From: Longimicrobiales bacterium
Lineage (GTDB): Bacteria; Gemmatimonadota; Gemmatimonadetes; Longimicrobiales; Gaopeijiaceae
Assembly: GCA_965238005.1 (NCBI GenBank)
Contig: OZ250165.1
Coordinates: 1,664,001 to 1,728,000, forward strand
Reading direction: 5' to 3'
Length of the DNA: 64,000 bases
This document shows positions 1 through 10,652 of the stretch, piece after piece. The stretch's first letter is position 1, and each line of letters starts with the position of its first letter. Made by a program: the position numbers and the translations under genes. A model generated the notes under the pieces. That model saw only the letters and a list, made by a program, of their open reading frames with translations. It did not search any database and was not told where the DNA came from.

Positions 1-2
1 AG

Positions 3-1364
3 ATCTACCGCAAGCGACTGAGCGACAGCGATGACCAAGATGAGGAGCTTGGCAGGTTTCTCGAAAGGGTAGGCCACACGGCCACTGGACACACAATCAA
101 GCTGTTCGATTCCTCAGTCGATCTTGCTGGCTGCGTCAAACAGGACGTGGCCGCGTGGCAGACACGAGTCATCCGCGACCGAAATCTTTCGGTTCGCCGA
201 CCCACCTTGCCCGGCGACGAGATGCGCCGGCGCCTGCTGATCTTGCTCGGCAAGGTACGAAAATTCTGGATAGAGGGCGTACTCGAGAGGTCCCTCCACA
301 ACACGGCCCTGATCGAGCTCGGGCGGGAAGAGTCATCCGACCTCGTGGACAATCCGTGGCACGGGGTGATGGAGCTTCCCGATCAAACGCGCCGCGGTAT
401 GCCTACGGCCACGAAGCTGCTGGACGTATTTGAAGAGGCTGGGCGCGCCCTACTCATTCTCGGTGACCCCGGCGCCGGAAAAACCACGACGCTGTTGCAG
501 CTCGCACGTGCCCTGGCAACCCGAGCTGAGCGCGACGCTACCGAGCCCATTCCGGTGGTGTTCAACCTATCCTCTTGGGGCCTCTCCCGGCCGGCTTTGC
601 GCGACTGGATGGTCGCAGAGACGAACCGCCAGTATCAGATCCCCAAAGGAGTGGCACGTCAATGGATCGACGGAAATCACATCCTGCCATTGCTCGATGG
701 TCTCGACGAGGTGGAGGAGGGTGCCCGGGTCGAGTGCGTTGAGGCCGTCAACGCCTTTGCAGAAGACAGCGGACTCGCGGGCCTGATCGTGTGCAGCCGG
801 CTAGACGAATACCAAGGGTTGCCTCTGCGCCTGACACTCAATGCAGCGGTTTGCCTTCAACCGCTCGCTCTCGTTCAAGCGGATCTCTATCTGCACCAGC
901 TAGGCCCGGGGTCGGCGGGACTTCGCAGCCAGCTCGAAGCTGATCAGACGCTGCAAATTCTCAACGAGGGCATCCGGCTCTCGCTTCGGACCATGTCGTA
1001 CTGCTTTCTAGCCACGATAGGACTGTTGAGCATCGTGGGCGCAGCCGTGGGGCTAGGTTTGGGCAACGGTCTGCTAGGTCTCGGGCTGGGAGCGGTGGGG
1101 GGACTGGTACTCGCTCTACCCGTAAGTCTCTGGTTTGGTGGCTTTGACGTCATTCAACATTACGCGCTTCGCCTGGAGCTTCTTCGCCGCAGGCACATGC
1201 CTCTCAGGTACGCACGCTTCCTCGATCACGCCTCTCGGATCGGAATCCTGCAGAAAGTGGGCAGCGGCTATTTGTTTAGCCAAGCGCGCCTGCGGCAGCA
1301 CTTCGAAGCAATGACCCCGATCGCTGGATCGGGAGCTGCCCCCATCCGTCGCCAGCCTTCTTGA
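3..1364 (+). CDS. NACHT-type STAND NTPase with C-terminal membrane segments; 5'-partial (probable DUF4062-like N-terminal domain); appears internally deleted
   Basis: Frame is open from nt 3 (IYRKRLSD...FLERVG...LFDSSVDL). Walker A GDPGAGKTT and Walker B LLDGLDE. C-terminal GG..IQHY.LR...P.RYARFLD.A....ILQKVG.GY.F motif typical of membrane NACHT proteins. Confidence 0.8.
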   Translation: MYRKRLSDSDDQDEELGRFLERVGHTATGHTIKLFDSSVDLAGCVKQDVAAWQTRVIRDRNLSVRRPTLPGDEMRRRLLILLGKVRKFWIEGVLERSLHNTALIELGREESSDLVDNPWHGVMELPDQTRRGMPTATKLLDVFEEAGRALLILGDPGAGKTTTLLQLARALATRAERDATEPIPVVFNLSSWGLSRPALRDWMVAETNRQYQIPKGVARQWIDGNHILPLLDGLDEVEEGARVECVEAVNAFAEDSGLAGLIVCSRLDEYQGLPLRLTLNAAVCLQPLALVQADLYLHQLGPGSAGLRSQLEADQTLQILNEGIRLSLRTMSYCFLATIGLLSIVGAAVGLGLGNGLLGLGLGAVGGLVLALPVSLWFGGFDVIQHYALRLELLRRRHMPLRYARFLDHASRIGILQKVGSGYLFSQARLRQHFEAMTPIAGSGAAPIRRQPS

Positions 1365-1595
1365 CTATAATAGGGAGGCTCCCTCGCATAGTACCGGCCG
1401 CAGGGATTAGGCATGAAAAGGCCCTTTCCGAGTGCGGCACGCTGCTTGCGCGAGCCGATACACCCCACCAACCTCCCGTCGCGAGGCCGTGCCCAGGCCA
1501 AGGTGCCCGCTCGCTGTATCCGCATACAAGGATGGGATGAGCGATGCGTGGATGGGCGATTCACGGCTTCGGATCAATCCCATTGTAGCCCTGTA

Positions 1596-1855
1596 CAGAT
1601 GAGCAAGCCGATAACGGCCCTCTAAGCCACGAGGGTACTCCAGCCTACCCTGGATACCGAATAAAGCCCGAAGACGCTCGGAACACCTTTACGGGCGTCT
1701 GAACGGGTTCAGCTTGCGCCTCCCAGCCCCCTCATAGGACATTGACCACGGTCTGATCCCGGAGTGCGCCCGTATCTGATCGAGTTACCCGCCTCAATGC
1801 CGCCCTCTCGGATCGCTACACCATCGAGCGTGAGCTGGGCGAGGGTGGCATGGCG
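1596..1855 (+). repeat. Kinase 5' stub: conserved upstream region plus first ~28 codons of the Ser/Thr kinase (SDRVTRLNAALSDRYTIERELGEGGMA)
   Basis: Aligns by eye with 13827-14070 (intact kinase) and 22465-22745. Confidence 0.85.
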
Positions 1856-1898
1856 CAGGCCCACTTCCGTCGTGTCCTAGAAAGGGGAGATCTGCGAG

Positions 1899-2567
1899 AT
1901 GGCTGATCAATGGCTGTTCAAGAGCGAAACTTATGATAACTGCAATTGCGCTGTGAATTGCGGTTGCCAGTTCAACTTGGCGAGCACCCACGGCTATTGT
2001 CAGTCGGCCTTCGTCGGTAACATCGTAGAAGGCCATTTCAACGATACGCCGCTCGCTGGGCTGAATTGGGCGGGGCTGTACAAGTGGCCTGGGGAAATCG
2101 CGGAGGGAAACGGAAAGCGCCAGATCGTTATCGACGAACGTGCGGATAAAGCCCAACGGGTTGCACTTGAAAAAATTATCTCGGGCGGCGCATGCGAACC
2201 ATTGAGCAATCTTTTCTCCGTATTCGCGCACACATGCTCGGAATTTTGCGAGACATTGTTTCTTCCGATAGGTCTCGAAGCGAACTTGGAACTGAGAACC
2301 GCAAGGGTTGATATACCGGGCATCATGACGAGCAGCGGCGGACCGATAATCAACGAATTTAATGGCCAACCGTTCCACGTTGCGCTGGCACGCCCTAGTG
2401 GCAGTTTCGAGTTTACTTACGCAGAAATCGGACTAGGCACGACCTCGGTGACGGGTGATATGGAGATGGCGTTCGAAGATTCATGGGCGCATTATTGTGT
2501 TCACCACTTCAATCAGGATGGCTTGGTCCGCGAAAGATCAAGGCTCACAGCATGGCTTGACGCATGA
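1899..2567 (+). CDS. DUF1326 family protein (putative metal-binding)
   Basis: N-terminal CNCAVNCGC...GYC motif, IDERAD.AQR.AL..I..G pattern, RBS GGGGAG upstream. Confidence 0.8.
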   Translation: MADQWLFKSETYDNCNCAVNCGCQFNLASTHGYCQSAFVGNIVEGHFNDTPLAGLNWAGLYKWPGEIAEGNGKRQIVIDERADKAQRVALEKIISGGACEPLSNLFSVFAHTCSEFCETLFLPIGLEANLELRTARVDIPGIMTSSGGPIINEFNGQPFHVALARPSGSFEFTYAEIGLGTTSVTGDMEMAFEDSWAHYCVHHFNQDGLVRERSRLTAWLDA

Positions 2568-2647
2568 GTCTGCGCTCCCGTGAAATGGTTCGATGAATCC
2601 GGCGAGCCCTACGCGATGTTTGAGAAGAGTGATCTACGGTGTACCGC

Positions 2648-2698
2648 CGACCCTGAGCATCACCCATAGCTTGAGCGCATGGGCATGTACTCGTGGGA
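2648..2698 (+). repeat. Kinase 3'-flank repeat (partial copy)
   Basis: AGCATCACCCATAGCTTGAGCGCATGGGC matches 16853-16880 and 30127-30156. Confidence 0.75.
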
Positions 2699-2754
2699 CC
2701 TCGGTCGCGAGCAGATTCGCGAGACGGTAGGCGTCGAGGGAGAAGCAACATCGA

Positions 2755-3180
2755 GTGATTCGTAAGTACGCCCCCAACGACCTCGCCGAGTTGTTGCAGG
2801 TTTGGCATGACGCTTCGCAGATCGCTCATCCGTTCTGGACTCGCGATTTGTTCGAGCAGGAACGGAGGGATATCACGCAAGAATTCCTCCCGATTGCGGA
2901 GACCTGGGTCTTTGAGAGGCAGGGGCATGTGGTCGGATTCGTTTCATTGTTGGGCGACGAGGTAGGGGGACTCTTTGTAGCTCCGACGTGCCACAGACAG
3001 GGGATTGCTCGTGCGCTGATGGACCATGCCAGAGCGTCCCGCGATCACCTCGAGCTTGACGTGTTTGAGGCCAACGAGATTGGCAGGGCATTTTACGATG
3101 CCTATGGCTTCGCACTCATCGAAAAGCGACGGGACGAAAAGACGGGGCTGCGGCTGCTCCGGTTACAGCTCGACTCGTGA
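2755..3180 (+). CDS. GNAT family N-acetyltransferase
   Basis: GLFVAP..HRQGIARALM acetyl-CoA motif; LDVFEAN...RAFY..YGF. Confidence 0.88.
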   Translation: MIRKYAPNDLAELLQVWHDASQIAHPFWTRDLFEQERRDITQEFLPIAETWVFERQGHVVGFVSLLGDEVGGLFVAPTCHRQGIARALMDHARASRDHLELDVFEANEIGRAFYDAYGFALIEKRRDEKTGLRLLRLQLDS

Positions 3181-3190
3181 CAGGCGATTG

Positions 3191-3290
3191 CTGAACGGGC
3201 TCCTGCTTGCGCCTCCCGGACCGCTCTCGGATGTTGACCTCGGTCTGATCATTCCATTCGGAGCGGGTTACGATGTCCGATGCCATTTCG
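3191..3290 (+). repeat. Kinase 5' stub (partial upstream region plus ATG TCC GAT)
   Basis: CTTGCGCCTCCCGGACCGCTCTCGGATGTTGACCTCGGTCTGATC nearly identical to 13930-13973. Confidence 0.7.
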
Positions 3291-3826
3291 ACCACTGAGG
3301 GCGTCCCGGCGGCGGCTCCCGGAGTTCCCTAGGTGCTATACATATCTCGAATCAAGCTCGTGGACATCAAGTGCTTCCCGGGCAAGACGGTGATTGATCG
3401 GCTTAGAGGGCAGATTGGTGAGCGGCCCCGAGGCCATAGCTGAATTCTACCGCGACGAGTTCAGTCGGAGCTTCGAGGGTTTATCGCTCCGCGACTTTGA
3501 GTTCGACTCGCCTCGGCCATTGAGCCCGCAGGTCGGGCTTGTGAACGGTGGATGGATCGTCGACGGCGTGGCTGTCGTGGCTTGGATTCACTACTCACCG
3601 CGGTTTTGCTCCGTTACACCCTTTGTTCGCCGGTGTTACTGGAAGACGCATGCCAGGAACTCCATTTTGTGTGCTCTCGAATTCTCAACGGGATTGCCGA
3701 CCTCGAGCACGTGCGTTCGTTACGCCGGCGTAAGGTGAGGGGGTACCGCCGTTACCGCAGGTGGGAACGAATTTCGCAACGGAGGGATAAAGAAACGCAC
3801 CAACCCGCAAGAGCACGGAGTCGAGA

Positions 3827-4225
3827 ATGAGACACACTCGAAGAAAGTTTCTCGCGACCACCTTGACCGTTCTCGCCACCAGCGCGTTGTCGTGCGGCGG
3901 CGGCGGCGGCGACGAGGGCTCCGACGGCCTCACCCCACCGACCGATGTGGACTGCCTTTCCAACGGAGCTGGGGCGATGATTGGGGGGGCCGCCGGGGCG
4001 CACCGCCACCTGTTGTCGGTCCCCCCAGAAGACGTGCGGGCAGGCGTGGACAAGACCTACGTAGCCCAAAGCCCGAGCACCCACCCACACAGCGTGACGC
4101 TCACGGCCGACCACTTCGCCTCGCTCCAGGCCAATCAGTCCGTATCGGTCGGCGTCACCACCTGGACCAGCCCCACCTCCGGTAATCAACACAGTCACAA
4201 CTTCGCAGTGATCAGCTGCTCCTGA
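3827..4225 (+). CDS. Putative Tat-exported lipoprotein with repeated HxH motifs
   Basis: TRRKFL signal, LSC lipobox, HRH/HPH/HSH motifs, terminal Cys. Confidence 0.65.
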   Translation: MRHTRRKFLATTLTVLATSALSCGGGGGDEGSDGLTPPTDVDCLSNGAGAMIGGAAGAHRHLLSVPPEDVRAGVDKTYVAQSPSTHPHSVTLTADHFASLQANQSVSVGVTTWTSPTSGNQHSHNFAVISCS

Positions 4226-4754
4226 CGAGTGGAGCTAATCACCTTGCTGCGCGTGCCGGCGCCTGGTCCATGCCCGACGCCAGCGTCTCGGAGTCTCGTC
4301 GAAGAGCTGTGAAACGTTCCGCAGGTTTGTTCTCGACGAATGCCCGGCCATGGAGACGATGCAATGCATCTGTGAGGGCTCGAAACACTTCGGAGGAACG
4401 ACGGGCGAGGGTGTTACCATGACGCGGGAACACGGTGGAGCATTCTCCTCCGGCTTCACCAAGGGCTTCGACATCTCGCGGCTGGAAGTCGAGAGAAGCG
4501 ACGGGTCCACAGTGTTCTTTGACGTTCGAACTCGATACCGTCCTTCAGTTCTGGGAGGACTTCTTCGAGAAGTCCCTTGAGCCGCGAGGTGACCTGACCG
4601 TCTAGCGAGCCCCAGTAGCCGCACAACCTAACCGCAAATATCAGGGATTTCCCCACTAGCGCAGAATCACGGTGGGGGCGCATAGTGACGGGAAGAGCAG
4701 TAGGACCGACGACCTACTTGCGTGTCCACCAAAATTCGGCCTAGGGGGTCCGAC

Positions 4755-4940
4755 ATGGTAAGTCACACGGGCGTACCCGGTAGGGTAGCGCTCGGCACGC
4801 TTGGAATCGTCCTCTGCGCCCCGCATCCTGCTGCGAGCCAAGTGACGAGACCCTGCCGGGAGCTCTCCATGAACGCGCCACTTGACGCCGTAGTTGCTTG
4901 CGCCGAGAGCGGGGATGCTCAGGCGGCGTACATTATCGGG
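4755..4940 (+). pseudogene. N-terminal stub of a Sel1-repeat protein (paralogue of 53746-55098)
   Basis: TGVPG..LG.L.IVLCAPHP..SQ signal shared with the 53746 gene; stops after the first GDAQAAY..G. Confidence 0.7.
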
Positions 4941-5355
4941 GCACCATCCCCAGAACCCCAAGGTTAGTGACCACATCCCGTCGCCGGCGACGGACTATCT
5001 GCAACAGGCTCAGGAGAGTATCCATGCGCCAGCCGGTGCGATCATGCTGTGTGGCAGTGCCGTAGACGCTATGCTGAAAGCTCACAACTACACCACGGGG
5101 TCGCTCTATTCCCGAATCGACAAGGCCAAGGAAGACGGCATCATAACGGAGGGCATGGCCAAGTGGTCGCATAGGGTCAGGCTTGACGCAAACAAGCCTC
5201 GCCACGCTGACAAGGACGCTCCACTACCAGATGAGAAGGACGCGAAACGATCCTTCGAATTCTCCATGGCCCTCGGTGAGATTCTGTTCGTGCTCCCAGC
5301 CCGGGTCACGAGCGGGATCGCCAGTGGTACCGGCGGTGAAGACGAATCCAACTAG
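4941..5355 (+). pseudogene. DUF4145 domain protein, 5'-truncated
   Basis: A.AGAIMLCGSAVDAMLK...GSLYSRID.A...GIIT..M..W.H.VRL.AN..RH pattern. Confidence 0.7.
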
Positions 5356-5557
5356 GGGGACGAACTACTCCGCAGCCTCCCGCAACTCCCGCGCTAGTTC
5401 AAGCCCGCGCTCGCGTGCTATGGCGTGCAGTTGGTCGATGAGCGCACGCACCTCATCGTCCTCGAGGTCCTTAGTGCACGTAGCAAGTGGGCGCGTTTTG
5501 GGCACCAACACCCTCTGCTCACCGTCGTCCGTGAGGACCGTCACGCTACGCCAATAG

Positions 5558-6286
5558 GTGATGCCGGGGGGGGGGTATGTAGGCGAGGGCGTTCTTTTCC
5601 CGAAGGGAGTCACCACCATGGACGACACCAGCCAAGCCAAGCTCACCGCGGCCCTACGTACCATCATACCGGATGGGCCACAACGGACCCACGTGCAGGC
5701 CCGACCGGGTCATGTAGAGTACTCTGGGAGCCCCCTTTCGTACGAAGCCTACTACGGCACGCGGGACATCGAGGGCACGCCCGTACGTGAGGGCGACTTC
5801 CTAATCAAGGCACGGCTCTCGGGTGGGAAGTTCATCAACGATGGGCGGACAGCCATACACGGCACCTTCGAGCGCGTACCCCGAGGCTGCTTTCCTGTTA
5901 TCGCCGAGCACGCCGATAGCGCTCTACGGTTCCTAGAGGGCACCTACGGCAGGGACGTGGCCGACCTAGCGACGTACCTGACCCACCGCATGGCGCTTCG
6001 TGGGTCCGACGCCACGTCCCAGATTCTGATAGTGCGCCCGTTTAGCGCCCCCGGTGAGCGAACCGATCCAGGCCAGCACCGACGACGCGGCGATCTTCGA
6101 GTTGATTACCGCGACGGGCGGGCGGATGCCGGAGGTGGGGGGCGATTCCGAATGGGCGCGTACGTCGTTGCTTGGGTCGGTGGCTTGCTATCTCCTTACG
6201 CTGAAAATGGCACTGTGCCGTGTGACTCCACTGACTCGTACTTCGGCGCGATACGTGCCGGCGGCCAACTCGAAGGCCCTGTATGA
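5558..6286 (+). CDS. Hypothetical protein (3' end uncertain, possible frameshift)
   Basis: Long ORF with no recognised motif; overlaps the convergent gene at 6188-6286. Confidence 0.3.
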   Translation: MMPGGGYVGEGVLFPKGVTTMDDTSQAKLTAALRTIIPDGPQRTHVQARPGHVEYSGSPLSYEAYYGTRDIEGTPVREGDFLIKARLSGGKFINDGRTAIHGTFERVPRGCFPVIAEHADSALRFLEGTYGRDVADLATYLTHRMALRGSDATSQILIVRPFSAPGERTDPGQHRRRGDLRVDYRDGRADAGGGGRFRMGAYVVAWVGGLLSPYAENGTVPCDSTDSYFGAIRAGGQLEGPV

Positions 6287-6880
6287 ATTTGTGCCAGGAG
6301 TAACGTATTCAGTGGCCTGCTCTACTGTCCGCCCAGTTTGGAGGTCCATGATGACCAGTGTGACTGTTTCTCCTCCATAGCCGTAGACGTAGAGAATCGG
6401 AGCTTCTCCAGGGCCGAAGCTGTCCTTTGCGGGCGGTCGAGACTCGACCTCCACGTCCTGAAGCCGAGTGACGATGAGGCCGGACTCTGCGACTGCTTGT
6501 GAGCCACTTAGGCCACGCACTGAAAGTTCATAACGTCCCGTCGGGAGAGAACCTATCCGCGGCTCCATGGTCAAGGCGGCGAGTCGGTACGTTCCCGTGT
6601 AGCGCAGAGTGTAAGAGAACTCTGCCTTATCTCTCCGTGTCGTTCCCACGTCCCGTACCACTTCCTGACCGTCCGGGTCCTGTAGGATGAGTCCGGGGCT
6701 TACTGCCCTCGATGTCATGATAACATGTATGCGCCGACCTTCATCGCCGCTGAACTCCCAAAGATGATATGGGTTGGCTCCTCCAAGTAGGGGATCTGCC
6801 GACGTCAGGCGCGCCTCCAGCATGGAGTTGACCCGCTTTGGTGGACACCTCAGTAGTGAGGGAGACAGGAGGAGTCCACG

Positions 6881-7195
6881 ATGCCAAGAACACATGCGCC
6901 GTACCCGCCGGAGTTTCGGCGGCAGATGGTCGAGTTGGTCAGGTCGGGCCGCTCCGTGGAGGAGCTGGCCCGGGAGTTCGAGCCCTCAAACGGGGCGATA
7001 CGGAACTGGGTCAAACAAGCTGACTTGGATGAAGGCCGTCGCAGTGACGGGCTGACGACGGAGGAGCGTGGGGAACTCAGGCAGCTTCGGCGTGACAACA
7101 AGCGTCTGCGCATGGAGCAGGAGATTCTAAAAAAAGCCGCCGCCTGGTTTGCTCGGGAGAGCAACTCGATCCCGGAACGGGGTTCGAGTTCATGA
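6881..7195 (+). CDS. IS3 transposase OrfA
   Basis: YPPEFR HTH, EL.QLRR....LRME.EILKKAAAWFA. Confidence 0.95.
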   Translation: MPRTHAPYPPEFRRQMVELVRSGRSVEELAREFEPSNGAIRNWVKQADLDEGRRSDGLTTEERGELRQLRRDNKRLRMEQEILKKAAAWFARESNSIPERGSSS

Positions 7196-8043
7196 AGACG
7201 AATCAGGCCGACTTCCCTGTGCGGGCGATGTGCCGTGTGCTGGATCTCTCCCCCAGCGGCTACTACGCCTGGTTGGATCGCGAGCCTTCGGCTCGGGCGA
7301 AGCGAGATGAGGAGCTCACAGAGCGGATCGAGACGGTCTGGCGCGAGAACCGAAGGGTCTATGGCCGGCCCCGCATCTACGCGGACCTCAAGGAAGCTGG
7401 CGAGCGGGTCGGTGAGAAGCGGGTGGGCCGGCTCATGAAGCAGGCCGAGATTGTGGGAGCTAGCCGGAGGCGGCGCGGCCCGAAGACGACCAGGCGCAAC
7501 GAGGACGCCCGTCCCGCGCCGGATCTCATCGAGCGGGACTTCAGCGCAGACGGGCCAGACCAGTTGTGGGTGGCCGACATCACCTACATCCCGACCTGGG
7601 CGGGGTTCTTGTACCTCGCGGTTGTGCTCGACGTCTGGAGCAGGCGGGTGGTCGGGTGGTCGATGGCTACGCACCTGCGCACCGAGCTCGTCCTGGACGC
7701 GCTGAACATGGCGACCTGGCAGCGCCGGCCCGAATGCGTCATCCATCACAGTGATCAGGGAACCCAGTACACCTCGATCGCCTTCGGCCTACGCTGCAAC
7801 GATGTCGGTGTGCGGCCCTCGATGGGCTCCGTGGGCGACGCCTACGACAACGCGATGTGCGAGAGCTTCTTCGCGACGCTCGAGTGCGAGCTACTCGACC
7901 GGCAGCGCTTCCGGACCCAGGCCGAGGCGAAGATGGCCGTGTTCGACTTCATCGAGGGCTTCTACAACCCCCGGAGGCGACACTCGGCACTGGGTCAGCT
8001 GTCGCCCATCAACTTCGAGCGTCGCCACGGAGCGGCAGCATGA
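7192..8043 (+). CDS. IS3 transposase OrfB (rve DDE domain)
   Basis: W.ADITY, HHSDQGTQY, DNA.CESFF motifs. Confidence 0.95.
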   Translation: MKTNQADFPVRAMCRVLDLSPSGYYAWLDREPSARAKRDEELTERIETVWRENRRVYGRPRIYADLKEAGERVGEKRVGRLMKQAEIVGASRRRRGPKTTRRNEDARPAPDLIERDFSADGPDQLWVADITYIPTWAGFLYLAVVLDVWSRRVVGWSMATHLRTELVLDALNMATWQRRPECVIHHSDQGTQYTSIAFGLRCNDVGVRPSMGSVGDAYDNAMCESFFATLECELLDRQRFRTQAEAKMAVFDFIEGFYNPRRRHSALGQLSPINFERRHGAAA

Positions 8044-8702
8044 GAAACCTGCGTGGCCAAGTTGCCCTTTACTCCCCCGCTGCGCGGGGGAAGCTTTCCT
8101 CTCCCCAGCGAGGGGGACAGACTATAAACCTCAGTGTTCACCCGTCCACTGAAACGGGACAGCTCCAGCAATAGCAGTGCACTCTCGCTCCTCGACGCAC
8201 CGCATGTTCTCGAAATGCCGGACGAGTGAGGGTAAGGGGGTGATCAGCGGCTCGGGGACGACTCCGCATCCACCCACCAACATTGCGGCTGCTGTGATCC
8301 ATAATAAGCGCGAGACGTAGGGGAACTCCATGAGGGGGTATTCCCTCCTGTGTCATGCCCCGCTCCCGCGAGCTCCACGGACATCAGGACTCCTGCAAGC
8401 GCACGTGGGACCGGAGGCGGTTGCTTTGTGCCCCCACCATTCTGGCATCTCAGGGGGAGGGGCACCAGTGGAGTTGAGGCACTCGCCCCTGAAATGACGG
8501 TAGAGTAATTTGTGGGCACACCTTTCGACCCGACTGAAACAGCGCATGGACGAAGGCTCTGCCACTGGCGACCTTTCAGCACCATGACGATATCAACCGG
8601 TAGACGTGTGTGCCCTATACGGTCCCTAAACGTGATTGGTGCCCTGAACGGGCTTAGGGTACAGAGTCGTAAAACATTTATAACATAGCAGTTATAAGGT
8701 TT

Positions 8703-8743
8703 GTCCCCGTAGCTCAGCTGGATAGAGCGACTGCCTCCTAAGC
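8703..8743 (+). other. 5' half of tRNA-Arg(CCT); att-site relic
   Basis: 41 nt identical to 31156-31196, ending just after the anticodon loop. Confidence 0.9.
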
Positions 8744-8893
8744 CCTGTCGGGCTTGGGGGGCTTTCGCATCTTTGGCGTACTTCTGCGGATTTCTTCACT
8801 ATGACTGTGAACTGTTCAATGGCGTTTCACAGGGTTTCCGCATCCCAACATGCACACCAACATGCACACACCTGACTCGACTAGGGATCTGAT

Positions 8894-9260
8894 CTCTCTC
8901 CTCATCCCCATCCTCAAATCCGCCCGATGCCCCCCAATTGGGTCCCATACGCACCCTTTAGATATTGATACCCCCTGCGAGGCTACATCGGCGACTGAAA
9001 AGAATGTTCAGCGGATAATGTTCGGGAATTGGTGAGGCGGGCATATCAGCCCCACCTGCCGAAGCCCCCCAAACGGGACTCCTATTCTATGGATGTTAGA
9101 AACTACCCTAGGCGAGGCTGGATGAGCGGTTGGGATTAATGTTCAGTGGATATTGTTTTGGAGATCCGGCAGAGGAATCAGGCTGAGAAGATTCATGCCG
9201 CTGAAGCATGAGGCCGTGAGTTCGACTCTGGTCGCTGTCAGCATCGGCAGCGGCGAGTAC
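8894..9260. repeat. ~370-bp non-coding duplicated element, copy A
   Basis: Near-identical to 19361-19624 plus 22357-22459. Confidence 0.9.
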
Positions 9261-9491
9261 CGTTAGGTTTACGGTCATGGACTTGACACCTGATGAGCAA
9301 CCCGTCGTCCGTCGTGCTGTGGTGGCGTACCACGAGGCGAAGAAGGGGCACAAGGGGCTGTTCAGAGGCACAACTGCCGACGAGATTCTCGAAGAATTGA
9401 AGCCGTCTGCCGTCCGTTGGGCTGAACTCGCCGCGTTTGTGATCGGAACGGCGGAAGGACCCAAACGAGGGAATCGATAACCGAGGACTTC

Positions 9492-10523
9492 GTGATGTCT
9501 GCTCTCAGCTCGTGCCTCGATTTCGCCCCTAATCTCGGTCGGCCCTGGGTAGGCGCTTTGGTCGTGCCACTGTTGTTGTCCGGTTGCTCTGGGGACACGA
9601 ACGGTGAGGCCGGGGCGACCCAGTCACAGTTGCTGAGATCCATCCGATCGCAGACCTACGCGTACAAGACCGTCGATGGGCTCCAGATCAAGGCAGATGT
9701 CCATCGCTTTGACGACGATGTGGCTCGTCCGGTGGTCATATGGATTCACGGCGGTGCGCTGATCATGGGCAACCGTGGAGGGGTGTTTGGCGTCACCGAG
9801 ATGATGCTGGAGGCCGGCTACGTGGTCGTGTCGATCGATTATCGTCTCGCGCCGGAGACGGGGCTCTCCTCCATCATCGAAGATCTAGAAGACGCGTTCG
9901 CTTGGGTGCGCACACAAGGGCGTGAGTTGTTCAATGCGGAAACGAGCAAGATCGCGGTAATGGGATCGTCGGCGGGTGGGTATCTGACACTCACAGCCGG
10001 ATTCCGCACCGAGCCCCGACCAACGGTCTTGGTCTCGTTCTGGGGCTACGGCGATCTTGTCGGAGACTGGTATAGCCAACCGAGCGAATATCCCCGACAC
10101 AATCAGAGAGCGATCTCGGCGGAGGAAGCCTATACGCAGGTCGGCGGACCGCCCATCTCGGACGCCCGTGATCGCGACGGGAATGGAGGGATCTTCTACA
10201 ACTACACCCGCCAGAACGGGCTTTGGCCGAGAGAGGTGTCCGGATGGGACCCGCACACGGAGACTGAGAAATTCTACCCTTTCATGGCTGTAAGGAACGT
10301 GACGGGTGACTATCCACCGACGATGCTCGTTCACGGGACCGACGACACTGATGTGCCGTACGAACAATCGCTGATGATGGCCTCGGAGCTTGAAGAGCAC
10401 GGTGTGTCCTACGAACTCGTCACGATTAGGGAAGCCGAGCACGGATTAGCAGGTGCGGACCCAGAACGCGTGGCCACTGTGTACGATGAGGCGTTGGCCT
10501 GGGTGAACCGATACATGCGTTAA
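9492..10523 (+). CDS. Alpha/beta hydrolase (esterase/lipase-like), probable lipoprotein
   Basis: HGGA oxyanion motif, DYRLAPE, GSSAG nucleophile, HGT.D..VP, HG; LLSGC lipobox. Confidence 0.88.
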   Translation: MMSALSSCLDFAPNLGRPWVGALVVPLLLSGCSGDTNGEAGATQSQLLRSIRSQTYAYKTVDGLQIKADVHRFDDDVARPVVIWIHGGALIMGNRGGVFGVTEMMLEAGYVVVSIDYRLAPETGLSSIIEDLEDAFAWVRTQGRELFNAETSKIAVMGSSAGGYLTLTAGFRTEPRPTVLVSFWGYGDLVGDWYSQPSEYPRHNQRAISAEEAYTQVGGPPISDARDRDGNGGIFYNYTRQNGLWPREVSGWDPHTETEKFYPFMAVRNVTGDYPPTMLVHGTDDTDVPYEQSLMMASELEEHGVSYELVTIREAEHGLAGADPERVATVYDEALAWVNRYMR

Positions 10524-10652
10524 AGAGACCCAATCAGCCGGTTCGTAGGCTGAGTTCGATCAACTGAAAGAGCGGGCTCCAACTGATGTCCGATCCCATC
10601 GTCCGCCTGAACACAGCCCTAGAAGGCCGCTACGCTATCGAGCGTGAGCTAG

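Larger units (their letters stand above)
6823..8167 (+). mobile_element. IS3-family insertion sequence, copy 1 (1345 bp)
   Basis: TGGAGTTGACCCG...CGGGACAGCTCCA imperfect terminal IRs, 3-bp TSD GCA, orfA/orfB with A7G frameshift site at ~7129-7136. Confidence 0.97.
6188..8331 (-). pseudogene. Lipoprotein with PPC (pre-peptidase C-terminal)-like domain and C-terminal Ig-like domain, interrupted by IS3
   Basis: N-terminus MEFPYVSRLLWITAAAMLVGGC at 8331-8168; C-terminal part YHLWEFSGDEGRRIHVIMTS...LILQDPDG...GRYELSV at 6822-6188. The halves are also out of frame after IS removal. Confidence 0.6.

Noticed and set aside
3394..3738. 114-aa ORF as a real gene
   Set aside because: Looks like a SnoaL/NTF2-like fragment fused to unrelated sequence; no credible start.
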